Shown here: piece by piece, positions 1-7,559 of the stretch | How the letters are laid out: the number at the start of each line of letters is the position of its first letter | Numbering within the stretch: the stretch's first letter is position 1 | Source: Bdellovibrionales bacterium | GTDB taxonomy: Bacteria; Bdellovibrionota; UBA1018; CAIMNF01 | Assembly (NCBI GenBank): GCA_040380025.1 | Contig: JBEIJY010000037.1 | Location: 1-20,296 of the forward strand | Length of the DNA stretch: 20,296 bases | Reading direction: 5' to 3' | Made by a program: the position numbers and the translations under genes | Notes under the pieces: generated by a model | Told to the model about the DNA's origin: nothing | What the model saw: only the letters and a program-made list of their open reading frames with translations | The model's database searches: none

Positions 1-2
1 AT

Positions 3-2987
3 CGCCTGGTGACCGTCTCGGGCGATTCACAAACAGGCACCGTGAATCAGCAACTGGCAAATCCCCTGATCGTGAGACTCGAAGACTCCCATCAAAACCC
101 GGTGCCGAACCAGACCATCACGTTCCAGGTCTCCCAAGGAACCGGTGCCATCAACCCAGAAACGGTCACCACCGGACCCGATGGACTCGCAAGCACGCGA
201 CTCACTCTCGGAACCACCGCCTCTTCGCATACCGTACAAGCCTCGGCGGCAAGTCCGCCCCTCCAGGTTCAGTTCTCGGCAACCGCGAATCCGGGTGCTC
301 CCCATCGCATCGTATTCACCACCGAGCCCTCGAACACCACCGCAGGATCACCCCTTAGCGTTGCGGTCGAGGTGTGGGATCCGTTTCAAAATCCCATTCC
401 GACCGCCAACGGGGCGGTTTCACTCACGATCTCGGCAGGGGCGATCGCGGCAGGGGGCAGTGCGAACCTTGTCAACGGAAGAGCCCAATTCAACAACCTC
501 ATCATCAACACCGCAGGAGATAATCTCATTCTCACGGCTAGCTATGGCGGCCTCACCGCGGCCTCGAGCCCATTCGACGTGAACCATGGAAGCCTTGCAA
601 GACTCGAGTTCGCGAATCCACTGCAACACACGACTGCAGGCGCTCTTCTTCCTGTCCAGCCCGTCATTCGAGCCTTTGACATCCACGAAAACCTCCTCAC
701 CGGTGACACCTTGTCTCTACTCTCGCTCTCCGCTCACTCCTCTGCCAACTGCTCAGACACTCCCGTTCCGGGAGCTCTTACCGTGAATTCCAACCCGATC
801 CCGCTCTCTGCGGGGATCGCGAGCTTCAGCGGGGTTTTGATCTCCAGCACCTCGGTTACCCGACTGAAGGCCTCAAGCGGTGGAACCTACGCATGCTCGA
901 ACGAGTTCACTGTGAACCCGAACCAAATCGCAACAAGCACGACCCTGGACAATCCGCCCGTCATCGGGGGCAAGGGGACTCCGCTTCAGTACGATCTTGT
1001 TGTACACCTCAGGGATACGAACGGAACTCTTGTCGAATACGGTGCAGATAGTAGCGCGACCTTGGAATTGACACTTCAACAGGGGAACGGAACGATCAGC
1101 GGCCAAACCATTGTTCAGGCCAACCAAGGAGTGGCGATTTGGTCCGGACTTACATTCAGCGAGGAAGGGAATAAAACGATCCTGATCACGAAAAATCCCA
1201 CCCAAGGAGGAGGCGGCCAGCTCACGATCACTCACGACCTCACTATTTACAAAGCGAACTTCCAGGGGTGGAAGCAAATCAAGGCTGTGGGAAGGAAGGT
1301 GCCTGTCCCGACCTCGGGAATCCTGGAAGAGGACGCCTACGTGATGCTGGAGTGGGATCCGGTTCAGATCCTGCCAATGCCGTCGCCCGCGCCAGTCCAA
1401 ATGGTAAGCAACTACAAGATTTATCGATCAACCCAGATCAACGGCCCGTACGAAGAGGTCGCAAACAGCCCCGTTCCCCTGCCATCTCCCCTGCCTTCTC
1501 CGGCGCCTTCGCCGGCATCGGCAATCCATTTCTTTTACCAAAGGAGCGCCGCCCTGAATGCGATTCCGGATCCTTCACCGATTCCAGGGACCGCGAACCA
1601 AGGGCCTTTGCATTACTATTCCATCGCTCCGGTCCTTCGGAGCGGGAACCGGGACTACACCATTCCAACCGAGGATGCTCCGGATAAAAGATTGGGCATC
1701 TCCATGCCACCCTACAATATGGTTCTGTTGCATCGTTGGGCTGCAAACCGAGAGATGTGCCAGGAACTGATGAACAAAAACAACTTCAACCGGAACAAGC
1801 ACTACGGATGTAATTTGCGAGATCAGGAGCCTACGCCTTTCTTAGACCTCGGCTACAACCTCTTCGTCGACACCTACGGGCAGGGGTGCAATTATACTCT
1901 CTCGAACTCTTGTAATGATAACGGAACGACCGGTCCATGCATTGGAATCAGGGGCACTACTACCCCCATGACCAACGTCACTTCGGAAAGGGACAACGTC
2001 GTTTACTACAGTCGAGATAATCAGTGGTGCTATTACAACACTACAACAAACACGAACACCTGGACCGATGCAAGGTTCGAAACCGAAGCAAATCGAAAAA
2101 AAATGGGGGCGAATTCACCTGGGCTTCCCCCGTTTGTGCGTCTCACGCAATCGGCCAGCCAGCAGGTGTGCCGGGGACAGGCCGTGAATGGAACACTGAA
2201 AAGACTTCTGAGAAGAAAAGAACAACTCTTGGTTTCGGCGTGGGACCCTTACTGGTCCGACCCTACAATTGCAAACATCGAGGCGCTACCTCTTCCCTCT
2301 CCGACTCCGCCCGGTTACAACTCTTTCCTGATCCGAGGATGCAATACCAGACAAGCTTTGGGGTTGGAATCCGAATTCAATAATTCATCGAATCCTTATG
2401 CTCAAGCAACAGGGAATAAGGACACCCTCCCCGCAACACAATTGTCCACTGTCAGAACGCTACGGTTGGGAAGCGATGCAACCAGAAATTGTGTTTCCCG
2501 GTACGGAGCTCAAGACATGACTGGAAATATACTCCATTGGGCTTCAGACCAAGTTCGATGTGACGGTACAAAATGTGATGGATTATCGGGCAATGCAAAC
2601 ACTGTGGATTCAGGGAACACGGACTTCAACAATGTCACGTTCGGCGCGAACAAAGCGCAACATGTCGACAATAGACTTTTTTCCGTCACGGACAGAGTTC
2701 AATTCCCGATTGGAATTCCTGTTACTGCAGGTTTCAGCGGGGATGGAATTGTATCAAGGAATCGCGAAACATATCACGGCGACTATTTTTTGATTTCGAC
2801 TGCCCTCGACAATTTAGGTCAAAATGTGACGCGCCCCCTTCTTTACGGGGGAGTGAACCAAGCCACAGCGGGCCGTTTTTATATGAATTTGAGATCATCC
2901 CTTGAGACGTCCGCAGCTGTTAACTTCGGCTTCCGATGCGCGGTCGAACTGAATATCCCGGATGCAATGCCGACACCGAATCCGTGA
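3..2987 (+). CDS. Large surface/secreted protein, 5'-truncated: bacterial Ig-like (invasin/Big_1-type) repeats, an Fn3-like segment and a Cys-rich C-terminal FGE-sulfatase/C-type-lectin-like domain
   Basis: The frame is open to the window edge. The N-terminal part has Ig-like signatures (SGDSQTGTV...LANPLIVRL.D...NPVPNQTITF...TTGPDGLAST.LTLG; FTTEPSNTTAG). The C-terminus has CVSRYGAQDMTGNILHW...GG...NFGFRCA, resembling the FGE-family 'GLYDMxGNVxEW...GFRC' pattern. Confidence 0.8.
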   Translation, partial: RLVTVSGDSQTGTVNQQLANPLIVRLEDSHQNPVPNQTITFQVSQGTGAINPETVTTGPDGLASTRLTLGTTASSHTVQASAASPPLQVQFSATANPGAPHRIVFTTEPSNTTAGSPLSVAVEVWDPFQNPIPTANGAVSLTISAGAIAAGGSANLVNGRAQFNNLIINTAGDNLILTASYGGLTAASSPFDVNHGSLARLEFANPLQHTTAGALLPVQPVIRAFDIHENLLTGDTLSLLSLSAHSSANCSDTPVPGALTVNSNPIPLSAGIASFSGVLISSTSVTRLKASSGGTYACSNEFTVNPNQIATSTTLDNPPVIGGKGTPLQYDLVVHLRDTNGTLVEYGADSSATLELTLQQGNGTISGQTIVQANQGVAIWSGLTFSEEGNKTILITKNPTQGGGGQLTITHDLTIYKANFQGWKQIKAVGRKVPVPTSGILEEDAYVMLEWDPVQILPMPSPAPVQMVSNYKIYRSTQINGPYEEVANSPVPLPSPLPSPAPSPASAIHFFYQRSAALNAIPDPSPIPGTANQGPLHYYSIAPVLRSGNRDYTIPTEDAPDKRLGISMPPYNMVLLHRWAANREMCQELMNKNNFNRNKHYGCNLRDQEPTPFLDLGYNLFVDTYGQGCNYTLSNSCNDNGTTGPCIGIRGTTTPMTNVTSERDNVVYYSRDNQWCYYNTTTNTNTWTDARFETEANRKKMGANSPGLPPFVRLTQSASQQVCRGQAVNGTLKRLLRRKEQLLVSAWDPYWSDPTIANIEALPLPSPTPPGYNSFLIRGCNTRQALGLESEFNNSSNPYAQATGNKDTLPATQLSTVRTLRLGSDATRNCVSRYGAQDMTGNILHWASDQVRCDGTKCDGLSGNANTVDSGNTDFNNVTFGANKAQHVDNRLFSVTDRVQFPIGIPVTAGFSGDGIVSRNRETYHGDYFLISTALDNLGQNVTRPLLYGGVNQATAGRFYMNLRSSLETSAAVNFGFRCAVELNIPDAMPTPNP
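1477..1512 (+). repeat. Three degenerate 12-bp tandem units encoding a PLPS/PAPS proline-rich stretch
   Basis: ccctgccatctc / ccctgccttctc / cggcgccttcgc. Confidence 0.6.
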
Positions 2988-3478
2988 ACTCGATCATGAT
3001 ACCCTTGTTCTTTCGTTCCACACCCTCCCCGATCGGCACGCTCTATTTGTACGCCTGCAAGGATCGCTTACGGCGTCTCTCGTTTGCGCCGCTTGATCTT
3101 CATGCCCGAGAAACCCACTCCCCGATTCTTGCACTCACGATTCGAGAGCTCTCGCTTTATTTTGCGGGCTCTTTGCGTGAGTTCCACATTCCTTTCCAGC
3201 TCGACGGAACGCCATTCGAGCAGAATGCCTGGCGCGCACTTTTACAAATTCCCTATGGAGAAACCCGCTCGTACCAGGAGCAAGCCTTGATGGCAGGATC
3301 CAAAAACGCCTCTCGCGCCGTAGGTTCCGCCAATCGCAAAAATCCGATTCCGATTTTGATTCCATGCCACCGGGTCATCCGGAGCGATGGAAGCATCGGG
3401 GGCTACAATGGCAGAGAAGCCGGTGGAGGCCGAATCAAGCAGTTTTTGCTTTCTCTTGAGGCCCGCCCGCCCTCCTGA
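2984..3478 (+). CDS. ogt: Methylated-DNA--protein-cysteine methyltransferase
   Basis: GTPFEQNAW..L.QIPYGETRSY, RAVGSANRKNPIPILIPCHRVI (active-site PCHRV), GGYNG. The start is either GTG 2984 (GTGA overlap with the upstream stop) or ATG 2996. Confidence 0.95.
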   Translation: MNSIMIPLFFRSTPSPIGTLYLYACKDRLRRLSFAPLDLHARETHSPILALTIRELSLYFAGSLREFHIPFQLDGTPFEQNAWRALLQIPYGETRSYQEQALMAGSKNASRAVGSANRKNPIPILIPCHRVIRSDGSIGGYNGREAGGGRIKQFLLSLEARPPS

Positions 3479-4870
3479 TCAGCGATACCGCTCGGCCACG
3501 CGAATCGCTTGGAACAGATTCACCCTGCCCCCACTCACCATAAGCCCTTTAAAGGAACTCACGGGGGTAACTGACTCGATTGCGATGCGCTTCAATTCAA
3601 AAGGGGTGAGAGAGGGCTTTCGGCTCAGCACCTCGGCCAGCACCCCCACCGTGGTCGGAGTCGCCATCGAGGTTCCCGACATTGCACCATAGCTGTTGCC
3701 CGGAATAGTCGAATAGATGCTGGTTCCTGGTGCCGCCACATCGACCGAAACCGCCCCCACATTCGAGAACGAGGCAAGACCTCCGCTTGCGCTTGATGCC
3801 GCAATCACAAGGAGCCCCTCGGAATCAAACGATGCGGGGTATTTCGGATTCCGATCAATGTCCCACCTGCCCCAAGGCTTCGAGTCATTTCCGGCGGCCG
3901 CGACCACCAGAGATCCATAGCGATTCGCCACATGATCGATTGTCTCGGCCACGACTCGCCCGCCCTCGTTGTGGGTTTTTCCGAACGAGCAGTTGATGAT
4001 CCTTGCGCCGTTTCGGGCGGCATAAAGAAACGACTCCACGATGTCGACATCGGTCTCGTCCGCATTGTCCGGCACCGTCCGGATGGCCATGATCCGTGCG
4101 CGCGCCGCGATTCCTGCGATTCCGGTGTAATTATTCTGGACAGCCGCAATCGTTCCCGCCACATGAGTTCCGTGAGCATGGCTTGCTGCGGGGTCACCGC
4201 TTGCCCGTCCCGAGGCATCGCGCACCAGCGTATTGATTCCGTGCACGTCATCCACGTACCCGTTTCCGTCATCGTCCTTGCCGTTTGCCGGAACCTCCCC
4301 GCGGTTCACCCACATCGAATCCCTCAAATCAACGTGTCGATAATCGACACCGGTATCGACCACGGCGACGATTACCACCTCGTGAGAGGGCGCAGGAATC
4401 GAGGAGTACGCCTTGTTCACCGAGACTCCGAACCCCGAGTCATCGAGGAACGACCAAATGCGGCCGACCTCGGGGTCATTGAAGGGAAAAGCCTCCTGGC
4501 TTGCGGACTCACGAACAGGAAGAGCGGGCTCAACCTCGGGAAGAACCTGCTTTCCGTGGTAGGTGTTCCGCTCGACGTATTCGACTTCGCTTTGCCCCTG
4601 AAGGGTGCGCGCCAGAGCCCCGGCATCGAGGGTCTGCACCAGGTAAAGATTCTCGAACAAGGGTCTGACCGAGAGGACTCCCTCGGCATCGGGAAAGGCC
4701 GCTCCGGGCTTCAGCTTCACAAAGAGCTGTCGGCGATCGGTCTTGATGATCTGGCCCGAAATGAGCTGGTTTTCAGTGTTTTTTTCAGGATTCGGGAGCT
4801 CGGTTGCTCCGGCTTGGGGAATTGAACCGAGGAGGATCAGGGCTGCAATAGTCAAGTTCATGAGAATCAT
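3479..4870 (-). CDS. Secreted subtilisin-like serine peptidase (S8 family)
   Basis: Signal peptide and propeptide; catalytic triad motifs VAVVDTGVD, HGTHVAGTIAA and SGTSMATP; oxyanion motif AAAGND; NGKDDDGNGYVDD insert. Alternative start at 4861. Confidence 0.95.
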   Translation of the reverse strand: MILMNLTIAALILLGSIPQAGATELPNPEKNTENQLISGQIIKTDRRQLFVKLKPGAAFPDAEGVLSVRPLFENLYLVQTLDAGALARTLQGQSEVEYVERNTYHGKQVLPEVEPALPVRESASQEAFPFNDPEVGRIWSFLDDSGFGVSVNKAYSSIPAPSHEVVIVAVVDTGVDYRHVDLRDSMWVNRGEVPANGKDDDGNGYVDDVHGINTLVRDASGRASGDPAASHAHGTHVAGTIAAVQNNYTGIAGIAARARIMAIRTVPDNADETDVDIVESFLYAARNGARIINCSFGKTHNEGGRVVAETIDHVANRYGSLVVAAAGNDSKPWGRWDIDRNPKYPASFDSEGLLVIAASSASGGLASFSNVGAVSVDVAAPGTSIYSTIPGNSYGAMSGTSMATPTTVGVLAEVLSRKPSLTPFELKRIAIESVTPVSSFKGLMVSGGRVNLFQAIRVAERYR

Positions 4871-4976
4871 TTAACACAGTCGATCAATTTTTTTAATGGA
4901 AAAATTGACACTCCTCCTCGTCAGCTTGCAAAAAAACTGAAATCATTGGAACACTAGGACTACAAGGGAGGAAGTC

Positions 4977-5963
4977 ATGAATTTTACTCGTTTTCTGGTC
5001 GCAGGGGTTTTGTTCTTGGCTTCGCCGGCATTCGCGGTGGTCCCGCCAGAATCTCAAGACACTCCGCTCCAAAACCTCGCATTCGGCTCATGCAACCACC
5101 AAGGGCTCGGAAAAAAGTTCTGGTGGAACATCGCGCGCATTCGTCCCGACGCCTGGATTTGGCTCGGGGATGTCGTCTATGGCGACCTCTTCACGCCGGC
5201 CATGCGAGCCAAGGCCTATCGCAAGGTCAAAAACGCGCCCGGATACCGGGAGCTCGTCTCAAAGAGTTACATCCTCGGTACTTGGGATGACCACGATTAC
5301 GGGTACGACAACAGCAACTCCTCGTTTGGCGGAAAAGAGCTCTCAAAACAGCTTTTTTTGGATTTTCTGGATGAGCCCGCCGAAAGCCCGAGGCGAAAAC
5401 AACCGGGGATTCACGCCGCCTACCGCTTCGGCCCTCCGGGCCGCCTTCTCAAAATCATCCTTCTCGACCAGCGGTATTTTCGAGAAAACGAGGGTGCAAA
5501 CGCCGATATTCTGGGCGAGGACCAATGGCAGTGGTTTGCAACCGAACTTGCGCGAGATGATGCCGAGCTCACTTTGATCGGATCGAGCTCGCAGATTCTA
5601 CCTTGGGGAGGAAAAGGAGAAGAAAGCTGGGTTCTCTACCCGAAGTCCCGCGAACGTTTGCTCGAGCTTCTCCGCCGCACTCCGGGAAAGCACCTGATCT
5701 TGAGCGGCGATCGCCACTTCTCTGAAATCTCTCAAATCCCTTTGGGAGACGGGCGCATGCTCGTGGACTTCACCTCAAGCGGCCTCACACACGCACACGG
5801 ATTGTTTTTTCGCAAGGACCGGAACCCCCTTCGCGTGGGTAAGCGCATGGTAAAGAGGAACTTCGGGATGCTTCGCTTTGACTGGACCCGCGTGCCGGTG
5901 GGAGTCACGCTCGAGCAGTGGGGAACCTGCGGGAAGCTGTTTGGTTCGATGGAGCTTCCGTAG
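4977..5963 (+). CDS. phoD: Alkaline phosphatase D (PhoD) family metallophosphoesterase
   Basis: AFGSCN, WLGDVVYGD, TWDDHDYG, LLDQRYFR, LSGDRH and SSGLTH motifs; Sec-type signal peptide; SD (GGAGG) upstream of the ATG. Confidence 0.88.
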   Translation: MNFTRFLVAGVLFLASPAFAVVPPESQDTPLQNLAFGSCNHQGLGKKFWWNIARIRPDAWIWLGDVVYGDLFTPAMRAKAYRKVKNAPGYRELVSKSYILGTWDDHDYGYDNSNSSFGGKELSKQLFLDFLDEPAESPRRKQPGIHAAYRFGPPGRLLKIILLDQRYFRENEGANADILGEDQWQWFATELARDDAELTLIGSSSQILPWGGKGEESWVLYPKSRERLLELLRRTPGKHLILSGDRHFSEISQIPLGDGRMLVDFTSSGLTHAHGLFFRKDRNPLRVGKRMVKRNFGMLRFDWTRVPVGVTLEQWGTCGKLFGSMELP

Positions 5964-5970
5964 AAATCCA

Positions 5971-6168
5971 AAACTGCCTCCCTTGATTGCGCATCACTAA
6001 GGAAGCCCGCACGGGGAAGGGCCCAAAATAAAAATGGTTTGGCCGACTCTCGCGAGCCAGGATGGCGAAAGCGAGGCCGGACGACCCGGCTCGGAGGCTA
6101 AAACATTTTTATTTCGGGCACTTCCCCGTACGGGCTTTGAAATGATGCGCAGTCAAGTAGGCCAGTTT
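5971..6168. repeat. Long imperfect inverted repeat (~74-bp arms at 5971-6044 and 6096-6168) enclosing a GC-rich branched core; MITE/REPIN-like element or structured ncRNA
   Basis: Left arm aaactg-cctcc-cttgattgcgcatca-ctaagg-aagcccgcacggggaagggcccaaaataaaaatggtttggcc aligns with the reverse complement of the right arm, aaactg-gccta-cttgactgcgcatca-tttca-aagcccgtacggggaagtgcccgaaataaaaatgttttagcc. Confidence 0.9.
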
Positions 6169-6175
6169 GAATTCT

Positions 6176-6205
6176 TTGGACTTTTCTTGACCAATCAGAT
6201 AAAGT
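6176..6205 (+). promoter_or_regulatory. Putative sigma70 promoter of the DEAD-box helicase
   Basis: TTGGAC-N18-TAAAGT about 80 nt upstream of an ATG that has a strong TAAGGAGG SD; a weak match. Confidence 0.3.
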
Positions 6206-6287
6206 AACTGCAAATCTGCTTCTTTAGACGTTTTTGGGCACCCTAGGCCCCTTTTCTCTTCAGTGGCCCAAGCCTTAAGGAGGCCCC

Positions 6288-7559
6288 ATGACCCAGCAAC
6301 TTCGTTTCTCAGACCTTTCTCTTCCCGCATCCCTTCAAGACTCCCTGAACGCAATGGGGTTCGAAACCCCGACCCCGATCCAGGCCCAGGCCATTCCCGT
6401 CGCGCTCGAAGGCAAGGACGTCATCGGACTCGCCCAGACCGGCACCGGCAAGACCGCGGCCTTCGGAATCCCCTTGGTTTCGCGCCTGATTCAGAACCCC
6501 GACGCCAAAGCCCTCATTCTTGTCCCCACGCGTGAGCTCTCAAACCAGGTCCTCGAGGTGTTAAGCGATCTTACCCGTAAGAATCCCGAGCTGAAGCTCG
6601 TGAACCTGATCGGCGGGGCCTCGATGCAATTTCAAAACCGCCAGCTCCAAAAAGGCTTTCGCATTCTGGTGGCCACTCCGGGACGCCTGATCGATCACAT
6701 CGAACGCAATCCGGGGCTTCTCAGCCGCGCCACCACCGTCGTTTTTGATGAAGCCGACCGCATGCTCGATATGGGCTTCGCACCCCAAATCAAACGGATT
6801 CTTCCTGCCCTGCCCGCAAACCGCCAGACTCTTCTTTTTTCGGCCACTTTCCCCGAAGAAATCGATCAGCTTGCGCGCAAGCTCCTGAAATCTCCGGTCC
6901 GCATCCAGGCGGGCGCGATCTCGGTTCCGGTTGCGGCCATCAGCCAGACGGCCGTGTTCCTCGATGGCGCCAAAAAGAATGATCGGCTGCTCGATGAGAT
7001 CAACGCCCGCGAAGGCTCGATTCTTGTGTTCGTGCGCACCAAGCGCAGAACCGACCGGGTTGCAAAATTTTTGAAGAGCTACGGTCTTGGCGTTGTGGCC
7101 CTTCACGGCAACAAGAGCCAGGGACAGCGAAACCTTGCGATCCGCGAGTTCAAAGAAGAATCCTCGCGCATTCTCTGCGCGACCGACATTGTCGCGCGCG
7201 GAATCGACATCTCGCATGTCGCCCACGTGATCAACTACGACCTCCCGCAGGTGCCCGAAGATTATGTTCACCGGATCGGAAGAACCGGACGGAACGGACG
7301 CTCGGGCGAGTCGATCTCGTTCATCGCATCCGAGGAGCACGGGCAATGGAAGGACATCGAAAAACTCCTTCGCACGAAGAACGCCCTGCCCCAATACGAG
7401 AACAAGCCTGTTAGCTCCTCAGGCCCCGGGCGCGCCCCGAACCGTGGCGAAGCACCCAGGATGGCAATGAGGAAGCCGCACCGAGGACAAGGGCCGCAAG
7501 CAGGACGCCCCCGCTCGCCGGCGCCAGGTGGAAGAATCCAGCCAAGGCTGGGATCCTGA
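6288..7559 (+). CDS. DEAD-box ATP-dependent RNA helicase (RhlE/CshA-like)
   Basis: Q motif GFETPTPIQ, AQTGTGKT, PTREL, TPGRL, DEAD, SAT, ARGID, HRIGRTGR; basic disordered C-terminal tail; SD TAAGGAGG. Confidence 0.97.
   Translation: MTQQLRFSDLSLPASLQDSLNAMGFETPTPIQAQAIPVALEGKDVIGLAQTGTGKTAAFGIPLVSRLIQNPDAKALILVPTRELSNQVLEVLSDLTRKNPELKLVNLIGGASMQFQNRQLQKGFRILVATPGRLIDHIERNPGLLSRATTVVFDEADRMLDMGFAPQIKRILPALPANRQTLLFSATFPEEIDQLARKLLKSPVRIQAGAISVPVAAISQTAVFLDGAKKNDRLLDEINAREGSILVFVRTKRRTDRVAKFLKSYGLGVVALHGNKSQGQRNLAIREFKEESSRILCATDIVARGIDISHVAHVINYDLPQVPEDYVHRIGRTGRNGRSGESISFIASEEHGQWKDIEKLLRTKNALPQYENKPVSSSGPGRAPNRGEAPRMAMRKPHRGQGPQAGRPRSPAPGGRIQPRLGS

Noticed and set aside
2820..2987. Complete diversity-generating retroelement
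   Set aside because: No reverse transcriptase, avd gene or template repeat in the window; only a target-like domain is present.
5971..6168. Long hairpin as 6S RNA, SRP RNA, integron attC or tRNA
   Set aside because: No large central bubble (6S), no GGAA-loop SRP motif, ends do not fit RYYYAAC/GTTRRRY (attC), and no T-loop or anticodon arm (tRNA). Kept as an unclassified element.
6109..6354. 81-aa minus-strand ORF over the hairpin and helicase start
   Set aside because: No recognisable motif or RBS; overlaps the helicase start in antisense.
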